Below, one piece after another: positions 46,179 to 58,848 of a stretch of 64,000 nt of DNA. How positions within the stretch are numbered: position 1 is the stretch's first letter; the number at the start of each line of letters is the position of its first letter. This DNA comes from Anthoceros angustus (Eukaryota; Plantae; Anthocerotophyta). Made by a program: the position numbers and the translations under genes. The stretch is from positions 682,001 through 746,000 of the forward strand of contig MU008159.1 in NCBI GenBank assembly GCA_010909165.1, given 5' to 3'. The notes beneath the pieces were generated by a model. That model made no database searches, was not told where the DNA came from, and saw only the letters and a program-made list of their open reading frames with translations.

Positions 46179-46786
46179 TCACTTCTTCTTCTCGGCACCA
46201 CCTGTGGCCCTGCACGTGAGCAGATTACGGATGGCGTGAGCAAACTCGTATCGTCAACAAACCCCTAGCTGCAGCACTCTAGCAGATGTTCACCACACAA
46301 CATGCTCAAGGCCAAAGAGAAGCAGGTCCAAGAAAGTCACCTCTGCTTGCGGAGAACTGTTGCCATCTCCTCACGCTTTCTCTTCGCTCGCAAATGAGTT
46401 CCGAGCTTCTTCTTGGCCACTTTCAGAGCACGCTTGTCCTTCCCTACCTTCAACAGCTCAGTTATCCTCTTCTCATAAGGAGCGAAGCCCGCAACCTCGC
46501 GAATCAACAAACGAACGAAACCCGTTCTCTTTCCCTTCCTCTGCAACACAAGCATCCCAGAAATCATCCGGTGCGCTGCCAAGAACATCGTACCCCCAAT
46601 ACAATCGTCATCATCTATCCACTGCCCTCAAACCCTAACCGACAAGGGACCAGCTCCAAGAGCTGGATTTCACCAGACACGTACCCCCTTGGTAGCAGAA
46701 GGGCGGACGGCAGGCGTCCGCTTGGTGACCGCATGCCCCTTGTTGAGACCGATGGCGATGCCGCTGCTGGCCACTGACGGCGCCAT
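46179..46786 (-). CDS. RPL36: 60S ribosomal protein L36 (eL36), 3 exons
   Basis: [23 protein letters not shown]...KG | [59 protein letters not shown] | ATGGAEKKK*, with GT-AG introns. Confidence 0.96.
46630..46638 (+). promoter_or_regulatory. Telo-box (AAACCCTAA) in RPL36 first intron
   Basis: Exact aaaccctaa. Telo-boxes are established cis-elements of plant ribosomal-protein genes. Confidence 0.55.
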
Positions 46787-46956
46787 CGCTCCGAAGCTGT
46801 GTTGCAAAAGAGACCTCCACGTTGTGCCACGAACAATAAATACCTATTCCGCGTTTTGAAGAGATCTAATAAAGAATAAATGTACATTTGTATACTTTTT
46901 TTAATCTCTGCTATGTCACGGTGTTCTCTCCATTCACAGAAGAACGAAGTTCCACA

Positions 46957-48474
46957 ATGGCTGGCATTGCAGTCTGTGGCTTTGCAGCTCCATGCTGTTC
47001 TTGCTCGTCACCTGCTCGGGATTCGTGCTTTGCAGGTGATTGTGTGTCTCCATCCTTCGTGTTGGTGATTGGGAGTGCTGCTGCTCAGAGGATGGATGTA
47101 TGCGCTTTTGGGAGCAACGGATGTCCTCTGGCACGCACCCGAGAAGTGGGCTTCCAGGTCAGGATTCCTAGGTTTCAGAGCAGCGTTCGGGGATCAAGTC
47201 TCATCACGGCAATGCCAGCATTGCTTACCGAGGTTTTGATCTCTGCAGCATGGTATGTGCTGTGTTCGAGCTTCAGGGAAGAAGCAGACGAGGAAAAAGG
47301 TGAAACTGCAGCCGCCTGATGTGGTGGAGATGGCGTCCATTTCACTGGACGCAGGTAAGGAGAGTGCGCGGCTAATGAACTCTTCGTCAGCCAGACCGGA
47401 AGTCAGGGGTAACGGGGATGCAGGACACGGGGCGGGAGATGTGGAGAAACCCCTGGCAACATCTCTGCCTGCAGTGAGCAGAGAGGATGTTGTCAGGGCT
47501 TGTGTTTCCACATCGGGAGGCATTGCTGCTGCTGGCTTGCTCTTGCGGCAGGTTCAGACACGAACCTCATTCCTCGTTTTTGCTTGTTGCATCTAGTTGT
47601 GTGCACGATGAGGCATGTCATTCCACTCTTGCTGTTGCTGTGCAGGGCTCTCATTGGGCTGCCGAGGCAGGGTTCAATGTCCCTGATTGTACTGCGATAC
47701 TGCCGTGTAAGATGCCAAGCTCCGGATGACCGACCTCCTGAAATGGAATGTATCTACACTGAAGCTGACTCATATCACCTTCACAACTTTCTCTGCAGAT
47801 ACCATCGACCAATCTCAGCTTGGCGCAGTCACTGTGATGGTTCTACTCGTTTCCTCTGTGAGACTGCTGCTTCTGCGACTGTGGCCAGATTTTCGTCAAG
47901 CAAGCAGGCTGTCAAACCAGCAGGTCTGGTTGTACTAGGTCCTCGCCCAAGCTGTGCATCGACCAAACCTGACCTTGGCTATTCTATTCTACAGGTGCTA
48001 GGCCCTCTTGAGCCCCTGGACTACGTTCTCGTATCCGCCCTGCCTGGCATAAGTGAGGTATCCATCTACTTCCCAAGGACTTGATATCCTACCAACACCA
48101 CAAAACAACACAACTCAGTTGGGATTAAAAAGTGAAACATGTCAGGAAGTGCTGTTCCGCGGAGCATTATTGCCTCTGGTGGGTGTGGATTGGTATGGAG
48201 CAGTTGCAGCAGGCCTGTTATTCGGAGCACTGCACCGCTCTGGCGGCAGAAACACTGCATTTGCCGTATGGTAATGCCCACAGCCCCCTGCTCCTGCATA
48301 CCCTCCATATCCTGCCCTCACATTTTTCGTGCTTGGATGCGCAGGGCCTCAGCTGTGGGAATGTTCTACGGCGCAGGATCTATTGCCACACAAAGTCTGG
48401 CCGTCCCCATGGCAGCACACTCCCTGGCCAACCTAATTTCCATCGGACTCTGGAGAATGGATAAAGATGCCTGA
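46957..48474 (+). CDS. CPBP/Abi (CAAX type II) intramembrane metalloprotease, probably plastid-targeted, multi-exon
   Basis: LPGISE|EVLFRGALLP (EExxFR), LLFGALH (FxxxH) and AAHSLAN (HxxxN), after a Ser/Cys-rich N-terminus. TGA at 48472-48474. Confidence 0.85.
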
Positions 48475-48824
48475 ACTTCACAGAGACAGCATAGCACTGC
48501 AGTCCATTCCGGTCATATGGCCCCCTCTCTCAGTTTCATTAGCTTGACATCACCTGTTACTCCCTAAATCCTAACAGAATCGTGCTTGTACAGAAGAGCC
48601 AAGGTGCAACATCCAGCTTGGCGTCTTCTGATGAGTCCATCCAACACGCATCTGACCGAAGTCGGCGTCCATTATTTGTTCTCGTACCTCCATATCTCAT
48701 CGTATCCACCTACATCTGTATGTACGTTTATGGAACCGAGAGTGGTTCTCATTATTCCTGTCACAGCCAAACGCTCAGTTAAATTTCCTCTTTCGTACGG
48801 CATTTCGTCATGGACCTGGTACCA

Positions 48825-49625
48825 TGAACTACTTGCACCGAGGGCATCTTCTTTACATACAGACTAATCTTCTGAACGTGGTGTGCCTAAACTACTTGCA
48901 CCAAGGGCATCTTATTCACATGTAAACTAATCTTTTTCACAGAAAAACTACTTGTACCAAGAATATCTTGTTTATAATTAAACTAATATTCTTTATAGAT
49001 AAACTAATTGTACCAACATCTTCTTCACATATTTAAGTTACAGCACCAAGGGCATCCTTTACCCATTTAAAAACGTGATGTTTTTATAAATATATATCCA
49101 TTTTAAAAATTTATTTGACCCAAGCTATATGGACTGGAACAAGACAGGATAAGGATAAGCACCGAAGACAGACAGCAAGCATCACCAAGGGTATGCTTTA
49201 CGGCTTTAAGGATAAGCACCGAAGACAGACAGCAAGCATCACCAAGGGTATGCTTTACGGCTTTAAGGATGCCCGACAACAAGACAAGAAGGGCATCCTT
49301 TATCCGTTTAAGCACGTGATGTTTTTATAAATGTATGTCTATTTTAAAAGTTCATTAAACCCAAGCTCTATGGACTGGACCAGGACTAGGATAAGCACCA
49401 GGGTGCTAAGCCATTTGGACCAGGATAAGCACCACCCAGATAAGCACCATAAACTTATCCGAGACATAAAGCACCAGGTACTAAGTCACCATTTGGACTA
49501 GGATAAGCATTACCCAAATAAGCACCAGGGTACTAAGTCACCATTTGGACATCACCCAGATAAGCACTACGGTAAGCACGAGAGATAAAGCACCAGGAGA
49601 TAAGCACCAGAGATAAGCACCAGGA
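48825..49625. repeat. Composite repeat: ~55-bp degenerate units, a 57-bp perfect duplication, a ~110-bp duplication and a GATAAGCAC-rich tract
   Basis: aactacttg.acca.gg..atctt x4; ggataagcaccgaagacagacagc...ggctttaa at 49153 and 49210; aagggcatccttta...tatggactgga at ~49048 and ~49289; at least 8 exact gataagcac. Confidence 0.9.
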
Positions 49626-50014
49626 TTTTTGCGATTAGGTACGACCCTTTGTGGATACACGATAACGATAAGATGAGCAGAAGTAGAAGCTGCTAAGAAA
49701 GTGTCCCGTAGATGAGCGGAAGTAGAAAATGCTAAGAAAGCGTGTGGTAAGGAGTTGGCATTCTGTTCGTCTTGGAGACAGCAACCTAAATAAACGGGTC
49801 ACACGTTTTGCAAACAAAATAGACTTTTAGTGTGTCCGAGGCTTTACATAGCGATCCGCGCCGCAGAATGGAGGCGCAAGGCAGGCACACAGCAAGGCAA
49901 GGCCAGTGCTAGCAGAAGTCTTTGCAGTGGCAAGGCAGATTGTTTTCCTGACAGCGTGCTCGAGAGGGGAAGGAGGGGAAGCCACGATCTGCGGTCTCTG
50001 ACGCTCGTAGCTAA

Positions 50015-51935
50015 ATGGCGGGAAGCTTGGAAGCGGAGGTGTTGGCTGAGACTTTAGGCGCCACGGAACTGCTGGCTGAAAGTGAGGCACTGCGGCGTCT
50101 CGCAAGCAGGAATTTGTGTTTTGTGCTTTGCTTTCTTCCCTTGGCCAAATTGCTCCCTTTTCTTTCGCGCTCTGGGACCAGTTTGGATTGACTCTTGTAT
50201 TGAGAACACGGTAGGAATTTTCGGGGTTGGATTGTGTGCTGCGACGGAATTTTCGTGACGATTTCCATGTTTTGAATTGTTCTTCTTTAGATCGAGTGCA
50301 GCCAAGTGGGATTTTGCTGTTGCAAGCTGGAAATGGTTTGTGGATTTCTCTGTCCCAGTCTTCTTTGGAGCTCATAGTAGATCGGCGGTATGTAGCAGGG
50401 GATGGCAAGGCGTCCGCACCAGCACAACAGAACGGAGACGCCAACTCGGGTGATCTAATTATTTGCTTTGGTGAGATGCTAATTGATTTTGTCCCGACAG
50501 TGGGAGGAGTTTCTCTGGCCACTGCGCCGGCGTTTAAGAAGGCGCCAGGGGGAGCGCCTGCTAATGTTGCAGTTGGCGTTGCACGGCTTGGGGGAAACGC
50601 AGCCTTCATTGGCAAGGTATGGTGATTGCGTGGGACCCCAGTCGCGACCTCGCCGTGGTTGCAAACTTGTAAATGTTCCCGTGCTTCGTATGGTTCCAAG
50701 CAAGTATCCCTCTCTGCTTCTTACTTCGGTTCTGTTATGTTGACAAAATCATACTGGTTTTTTATTGGATCTTTTACAGGTGGGGAATGATGAATTTGGG
50801 CATATGCTTGTTGACATCCTCAAGGAGAACCATGTGAATAGCGAGGGAACTCTTTTCGATGATAATGCGCGAACAGCCTTAGCGTTTGTCACACTGAGAC
50901 ACGATGGTGAACGAGAATTTATGTTTTATCGCAATCCCAGCGCGGACATGCTACTCCACCCCTCGGAGCTCAATGTTGACCTCATAAACAAGGTTTGTCA
51001 CATCACTCCATATTTCATCCTTGTTCAACGCTACTCTCAGTGGCACTGTACGCTTACAGTTTGGAAGCTCTTGTGTTTCAGGCATCTGTCTTCCACTATG
51101 GCTCCATCAGCCTGATAACCGAACCTTGTAAATCAGCACACCTAGCTGCAATGGAGACGGCTAAAAAAGCTGGGGCAATACTGTCATATGACCCGAACTT
51201 GAGACTTCCCTTGTGGCCCTCGGCTGAAGCTGCTCGAGAGGGTATCATGAGTATTTGGCATGAAGCTGACATTATCAAGGTAGACATGAATATGCATACC
51301 GTGACTAATACCCCATCTTTCAAAGTCTAAGCACAGCTACTCATATCTCGTATGGGGTGCCTAAACCACAGGTGAATGAAGACGAAATTGCCTTCGTGAC
51401 ACAGGGTTTAGATCCCAATAGTGATGAAGCTGCATGGTCACTCTGGCATGACAAACTGAAGCTTTTGCTGGTAACCGAAGGAGAGCATGGATGTCGGTAC
51501 TACACCAAGGTCGAACTACTCGCTGACCTCTCCCTCTGACAATTCTGATGAACTTGATACTCACTGGCTGACAACCTTCATTCTGTTGTATCCGCAGAAG
51601 TTCAGTGGAAGAGTTCCTGGATTTGTAGTGAAGACTGTAGATACAACTGGCGCGGGCGACGCATTTGTCGGGTCGTTTCTCACTCAGCTCGTCGCTGAGA
51701 AGGATCTGTACAAGGTATGGTCTCTTACCGGGATCCTGCGTGCACTGTGTGTAATTCCGTGACTCGGAATATAGGTCATGAAAGCTCTCCTGGTGTCTAT
51801 GAGCAGGACGAGGAACGTCTGAAGAGAGTTTTGCGACTGGCGAACGCCTCGGGGGCTATTGCAACCACGGAGCGAGGAGCCATTCCTGCCTTACCCGACA
51901 TGGCCGCGGTTCTGAAGCTTGCGGGCACTGAGTAG
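50015..51935 (+). CDS. FRK: Fructokinase (pfkB family), multi-exon; start codon uncertain
   Basis: [87 protein letters not shown] and [19 protein letters not shown]. The proposed first exon 50015-50081, spliced to 50396, is inferred. Confidence 0.92.
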
Positions 51936-52469
51936 GAAATTACCACGGCGTCGCGAGGCGTCGCCCCTGGCTGTCTCTGATGGCGCGTTTGGTGATCAGT
52001 AGTTCAGGCAGTAGGAACACGGTGTTTGAGGTAGGCCCTAAGTCAGGAAGCGTCGGGTCAGTGAGTGCGGTCGGCAGTGGAGTTGCAGCCCACGTGATTG
52101 TAGTGTGGTTCCTGTGCAGCGACATGATCTCTCAACTGGCCCCACCAGCAGTTCTGGTTTGAAATGCTCCCATGCCTTGCAGGCATCTGAACATTTCATT
52201 TCGTCTGCAGGGCTAACTGTGTCCGAAAATGCAGAACTGAACAGCACTTTGGAGCACGGGAGACTTGATAACCAGTAGTTTTGAAACCGTAACGTTGGAT
52301 GACATTTTGATTGGGCCAGTTTTTGTCATACCAGGTACATATGTACATAGATATACATAAAGAAATACTGTTTTCCCTTTCTTCCCTCTGGAGTTACCTA
52401 GTTACCTTTTGTCGTTGCTTGTCAAACCCCAAAGCCACCTCGCAGCCCAAAAGAGTGAAGACCGATGCG

Positions 52470-52540
52470 GAGGGGCATTATCTAAGTGGAAAATGGAAAG
52501 GCTAGGCGGGGGCATTATCTAAGTGGAAAATGGAAAGGCA
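52470..52540. repeat. 37-bp tandem duplication
   Basis: gggcattatctaagtggaaaatggaaaggc x2. Confidence 0.85.
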
Positions 52541-53529
52541 AGGCAGTTCACTGTAGGTCCTGGAAGGTGATCTGGTGCCCATGCTGCTCAAAGTGGCGCC
52601 ATCTGGCCCCTTGCACAGCCCTTTGTCATTGAGGGTCTCACAGGCTGAGCGCACAGTTACGGAGTCGATTTATCAATACCTCTGCTTCTATGGCTACGAA
52701 GGCAGTCGGTGTTGGGCTAGGTCCAACCAGTCACCACCTACGTCCTGTCAGGAGACCTGGTTGTGGCCTATGGAGCGCTGGAGATGGTCCCAAGGCCACG
52801 GTCCTGACTCGACGCAGAGCAAGTAGCAAGATTCTAAAGGAAGTGCGGTCTGAACACTACATGGAGATTTTTACGAAGGTGTGTCTTTGTGTACTTTACG
52901 CAGAGAGCTAGCGCGTTTGCCTCAACTATGTTTTCTCAATAATAATCAAACAATAGTACAAAATGTCACTTTAAGTATTTGTTGCCATGCACCTCTTCGA
53001 CTAAGCAACCCTTCACATATTTAGCCCTAATCTAAATAACCAGCAAGTAAGCGAGTAACCCTAACGATAAACCCTGTCCGTAAGGGCCTTAACTCGTCAC
53101 AGTCTCACAGCAGAGAAGCATGGTGCCTTGTAAAATACCTTTCGACAGGCTCTTACCAGACGACCCCCCCTTTCACACTAGCACATTGATAGCCTGGTGA
53201 CCTTGTCTATGTCGGAATTCCTTCCGGAGCAGAGGGTCAGTGATGTTCCCTTGTTTTTGAGGGTGTGATTTGGAGCATGGTCTCAGTGCAATGTTGGTCC
53301 ACAAGCTCGGAGGTTTAACCATAAGGTGCACACGCAGGTAGCAGGTGTTGAGATCGTGTGGTTTTGCACATAATTTGCTAGTCGAGTGCGGGGGTCAGCC
53401 TTGCGAGCGGTGGATTGCCTACCACACAGTCACGCACTGAGCAGAGAGTGATCATGGAGCAAATCGTTTTTGTGTAGGAAAAAAGTGAATTTCCTTCTCA
53501 CAGCTTCTTTCCTCGTACTAGTCACGAGT

Positions 53530-55265
53530 CCCGGCTCCCGACATCACGGAGAATTTCCGTGGGCGCCCCAAGAGTGTCCCGTATCGGTGTCCCAAGTCCA
53601 AAACTCAAGTCTCTCGTACTGCATCCTGAGGGGACCATTGACGTTCCGAGTGCCAGCCGGGCTATATCCCGGCTTGCCGACGTCCCACCTTGTCATTGTC
53701 CCGAGTACTTGAGTACCCGGATGCGAGACGTGGCTGGATACACTCAAGAGAGGCGAACGGTACATTCCCAGCGTCCCGGAGACCTTCCGGTGTCCGCGCC
53801 CCAAGTATCCCGGCCTCTACCTGTCCCGAGTGTCCCATGGATCCCAGCGACTCAAGTGTCTTGGCGTACTGGTGTCCCAGGGGACTACTGATGTCCCAGT
53901 GTTCCGGCATCCTAGGGGACTCCCGACATCCTAGTGTCCCGGCGTCCTAAGTGCAAAGGAGACCGGCATACTCCCAATGTCCCGGCGTCCCGGGTACAAC
54001 AAACATCCCAGTGTCCCGGCGTCCAGAGTGCATCACGAAACCAACTTACTCCCAACGTCCCGGCGTCCAGAGTGCATCACGAAACCGACTTACTCCCAAC
54101 ATCCCAGCATCCTGAGTGCCCGTGCCCTCCCTGCATCAAAAGTGCACGGCCTATGGCGCAACTCACGGCGGCCACCAGCCCGCGATCCGTCGTTGTCACA
54201 CAAGGGTCCGCTCCCAAAGAATGATAGGTTCCGTTTGGCACGCGTGAACCGATTCTCACCTCACCGTAAGTGGTAGTTTTGGACTCAGTCGCAAGGCTCA
54301 GCGATTTACTACTAACTACTCCCAACATCCACCGAACAGGCCCGGCGTGGCCAAACATTTAAGGACTCATTCGCGTCCCGCCCCTCGTTCGTCTAGTCCG
54401 TTCTCATTACCACTCACTCGCGTTCGTTTGGAAGAGTGGGTGGGTTGCGGTCCGGGACCGCTGAGTCGTTCCGGCCTCTCAGTCCGGCTCTAAACGCCTC
54501 CCGAGTTCCACCGGCGCGTTCGGTCAGGTCAATGGCCCCGGCTCTGAAGAAAGCGGGTCTCGGTCGTTGCCCTGCAGAGACCACCACACATTAGGGGTCA
54601 CTGGGACCTTGATCAATCTCTCCGGGGTTGTCGTGCCTGCTCAGTGACTCATAACTCGCGTTAGCAAAAGGCGACAAGGGTCTACAAGAAGCAGCGATAT
54701 CCACCCCGGAGGAAGATGCTACTTGGCAGCCCTGCCCTCTTATACTACGCCATAGCGTCTTTATTACACTCCTATTCGGTGGCAGCTCGACGTGCTAACC
54801 GCCTACTATTCCCCTCTATTCCCCACTTCGGGTCGCCAGCGGAATTTGGGAAGTGCCGTGGTTAGTCTGCGATCTTGGTGGCTCAATAGCCACACAGCCG
54901 GTTCGCGGGCCGCAATCGGATGATCAGCGAGGCGGCCTTCCCTTCGAGAGACTCTTTCGTTGAGCTACGGTGGCGGTCTAACAACCGTGGTAACCACCAC
55001 ATCCCTCTCCAGTCCTCTCCACGACCTCCAAGTGGGTCCTCTGTAGCCAGAGGCCCTCACTTTGGCGGTCGGTGGTGATTCCCCTCTCCTCAGTCCGGAC
55101 CTCGGTCAGTCTCGACTCTAGAGTCCGGACCTCGGTCCGTCTCGACTCTAGAGTCCTGACCTCGTGGTCTTACTCTGAGTCCGTCCGGGGTCCGCCTTAC
55201 TGGAGTCCCAGGACCTCGGTCCGGTCTCATTCAGGTCCGGACCTCGTGGTCCGGACTCCATGGCC
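53530..55265. mobile_element. Repeat-rich non-coding segment of probable retrotransposon origin
   Basis: Many gtcccggcgtcc / gtccc motifs with a ~44-bp unit at 53930-54110, and a ~30-bp gtccggacctcggtc..ctcgactctaga unit at 55090-55260. No recognisable protein domain, so the family is unassigned. Confidence 0.5.
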
Positions 55266-56315
55266 TGAACTTCTCCACTTAGGGGTCCGTCCTCGCCCAC
55301 TGCACCCACCTTGGCAGGCCTTCCGGGACTTCTCCACTCCTCTCGGGGCCCTCGTGCCTCCTTCCTTGGAGGGGTGTGGCGAGGCTTACCTCATGCCTCG
55401 TAGTGTCCGCGTGTCCTGCTCCTCCCACAGGGGCTCCTCCCACCGCTGCCTTCATCCCCGAGCAGGCGCTAAGGTCCGTGGTGTCACCCCATCCGGGGCT
55501 TTCATCTCCTCCCTCCCTCGATCCATGAGGTGAGTCGATTTGAGCGGGGTTGGCTCAGGACCTCCAAGGCCTTGAGGAGTCAAGTGCAGCTGGTAGGCAA
55601 AGTGCAGATCGACTTGTTGAATTACCTCCTCCACATGCGCCCGAGCACCTCCCCACTTTCTCCCGGAGGTGCTCAGGGTTAAGGCGTCTTGGCCATTCTT
55701 TGGCCGTCTCTATCGCAAGGCCCGCCAACTAGAGTCAGATCTCTTGAGGCCGCCAAGGATGCCACGTCACTTCTGTGCCTCACTCTTTTGCTCACGCGTG
55801 CTCCGTCTCCCGCGCGCTTGCAATCCGCCAACTTACCGCCATGGCGCGCGTTCCTTCCTTCCGGCGGATGGACTAGCAACCGCCTGCCTTTGGAGCTCTC
55901 TCCCACCATTCATCCTGCTTAGAGCTCGCCATCTCCCTTCCCAAGCGGTCCCGGCCGCTCACTTAGCTCCTTCCTTCATCCAAATCTTTCTCCATCTGGC
56001 GTCCACCACTCCTTATTTCGCTTGAACCTCCTCCGCCCTCCAGCAATTTGGACCGCTCTATCTCTGTCGTGGTCCTCAATTCTTCCTTGGAGGTCCCAGT
56101 TACGCTCCAGTCCTTGGGTACTGACTCCAAAGTCTCCTTGCGGTCTTCCATCTCCCGGCGCGCTCCTCCCGTCCTTTGGTGTGCTCAGAGATCCCTCCAT
56201 CTCGTTGCTGGCCTCCTCTCCTACTGCCCGGCTTGCAGGTATGCACTCACCGCCATCTTTGTTCGGCCTTGAGGTTAGCCGCCTCCCTCCCTGCCGTCTC
56301 CCTCCACCCGGTTAG

Positions 56316-58053
56316 ATTAAGGGTATTAAAGCCCAATGTGTAGACTAATACACATAGTCTAAGTTGGGTGTCGATTAAGTATCATTAGTTTGGGCGGAAG
56401 CTAATCACTAGGAAGCTTCTTGTGCTCCTTCTTAGGGGCTTCTTGTGGAACTTCCTAGGGCTATTGTTGGAGGAGTATAAATACCCATGAGCCTCATCTC
56501 AATGTGAGAGAGTTACACTTGCCTCCTCTCCTCTCTCCTCTTTCCACCATCATGGGGAACGCCACCATCCTTCAACCGGCATCAGGCTTTTGGTCCGGTT
56601 GTGTTGTGATTAAATTTTCTAGGCTGCAGGCGGCGCTACGTGGAGTGCAGTGATCCATATCGCGGTGAGGGCGCGGGCGAAGGACGAGCCGCGATCACGC
56701 TGGCAGCGGCAGCGGGCACGGATGCGTCGCCCGCTTGGCCGGGCGGGTGGATGGCACTAGCCACTGCCAGAAGTCACAGAGTTGGCACCGGGTCACAAGC
56801 CGCCCAGCTGGGCGAGCGCCACGTTTCAAAAGAAACCCAAGACCAATAATAATGCAGTGCCCGAGCGGCGAGAAAGTCGCAAAATATTCGTGGCGTACTC
56901 ATGACGATCCAGCGAATACACGAACCGCCGGTGATTTTTCTTTTGACTTTTCGACAAGGCGAGTGATTGTTTTATCTTATCAATTTTGAATCATGATGTC
57001 TTCTACTTGAAACGTCATGTTCAATATCGCAGGTTAGATGGTACTAACTTCTGGAAAGAACAAGGTTCTAGTGCGTAAAAAAGGATCAAGCCCATAAAGT
57101 TGGGCGTCAAACCGATAGTTATGACCGGGATGAGTGGGGGACACCGGATGAGCTTGCTAGATCTACTTCATCATGTAACATTGTCAAAAACAGGTACTTC
57201 AATGTGAAAGATAAGACCACAAGATTACGGATGTGGCGAAGTACATGACTTGTAGTAAGCAAAGTCGCGCTTCTCATGTGTATTAGTTAAACAATTTGGT
57301 GGACTAGATAAAGGAAGGGACGAGCGTCATCACGAATGATTTCAAGACCATTTTACCATTTCTCATCTGTATATTACATTCCTCAGTTGAGAGCCATGTT
57401 TACATTGGGTCGTTACAGGAGAGTTGTGGACACCTTTCGTGTAGCTCGAGTAATTCCGCACTTAGGTGGCCTTACCATTGTAAATGTAGAAGGTAGCTGT
57501 TAATCGAGGAGTGAGCAGGAAAATAATGGAACCTTCCAAGGTTCTAGTGCCTCATAAGGTGAGAGGGAGGTCCCAAGGGAGAAGCAACTGCAGTTTTCTC
57601 AGAGTAAATCTCGTAGTCGTAACAAGAATGTGGAGTGTCACTATCACACAAAGGGGTCGCTAAAGAGAGTGCGAGAAGTTCAAAAGGACAAGGAAAAGAG
57701 AGGTGTTGGACGAGGCAACAACTGTCAAGGTTCCCCGGCCGAACTAGATATTCTTACCAGGGACTCTTATAAATTTGCACAAGCTCTGGACAACCGGAGT
57801 AGTAACATGAGTAGTCTATTCTTCTGACGGTAAATTGGCCTTTAAGTGGGAGGTTGTAAGGGTATTTAAGCCCAATGTACTTAGACTAATACACTTAGTC
57901 TAAGTTGAGTGTCGATTCGGTCATTAGTTTAGTCAAGCTAATCACTAGGAAGCTTCTTGTGCTCCTTCCTAGGGCTTCTTGTAGAGCTCCTAGGGGCCTG
58001 AGGAGGTATAAATACCCGGAGCCTCATCTCAATGTGAGAGAGTTACACTTGCC
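56316..58053 (+). mobile_element. Non-autonomous copia-derived LTR element (LTR - PBS-like - gag remnant - PPT - LTR), no pol
   Basis: Direct repeats 56316-56523 and 57855-58053. PBS-like ggcatcaggc at ~56578. Gag traces (RLDGTNF.W; ECHY.HTKG knuckle) at about 56990-57680. PPT aagtgggagg at 57844-57853, then TGTAAGGG. Confidence 0.8.
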
Positions 58054-58619
58054 CCGTATTCGATTTGTTGCTTGCTGTTGGTCAGTGCTTATATGAATTC
58101 AAGTGCTTACCTCAAATCGGTAGTCATCTTAGTGTGATACTAATCTCTGCACTTAGGTTTAGTGTTTGATTAGCATTAATTAATCTAATTACTTATCTTT
58201 AAGTAGGTAATTAATATTAATTAATCTAAGGTGCTTAGATTAATTAACATGGTTAGCAATAGCTAAGTGGATAAGCTCAAGTAATATGCTTTGGCATATT
58301 CCTTGCATATTATAGTGTATTCTTAGGGTATTTCTGGCATATGATGATGCCAATAGGATATCTTAGGAATATGCCGATGCTAGAGTTTAGTATATATAGA
58401 CCCTTCCATCGAGGACAAGCTCATATCATAGCTTGTCCTCTAGATATGCAATGCAAGGGTGTTGTGAGGAGGCCAAAGCTATGACTCCGAGAGTGATGTG
58501 TGAGGAATTTGCGTGTTGTTCGTGGGGAGTGTGTTTGTGCCACGATGTGCAGTGCATCCTCCTCTGTTGTTACAAGCTATGATCACGTGTGCGTATGCTA
58601 GATGAAACTTAGTGTGATG

Positions 58620-58845
58620 CTGGCGTGCTAAGCGACCTAGCGTGCTGCGAGGCGATGCTAAGCGACCCTCGGCGATGCTGGCGTGCTAAGCGACCTAGGC
58701 GTGCTAGGCTTAGTGTGATGCTAGGCGATGCTAAGCGACCCTAGGCGATGCTAGGCGATGCTAAGCGACCCTCGGCGATGCTAGGCGATGCTAAGCGACC
58801 CTAGGCGATGCTAGGCGATGCTAGGCCGTGCTAGGCGAGGCTACG
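58620..58845. repeat. Short-period (~10-11 bp) satellite gcgatgctag / gcgaccctag
   Basis: Directly visible alternation of gcgatgcta(a/g) and gcgacc(c)t(a/c)g. Confidence 0.9.
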
Positions 58846-58848
58846 CTA

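Noticed and set aside
46259-46268. Second telo-box in RPL36 last intron
   Set aside because: The sequence is AAACCCCTAG (four C), not the AAACCCTA consensus.
48058-48145. Possible U12-type intron (5' GTATCC) in the CPBP gene
   Set aside because: Positions +7/+8 are AT rather than TT and there is no TCCTTAAC branch site.
48628-48661. Hammerhead-ribozyme-like CTGATGAGTC...GACCGAAG
   Set aside because: The core needs GAAA directly after stem II; here it is C-GAAG, and I found no flanking stems I/III or cleavage triplet.
55300-56310. Minus-strand ORF fragments as gypsy gag/pol
   Set aside because: No convincing RT, integrase or knuckle motif, so left unassigned.
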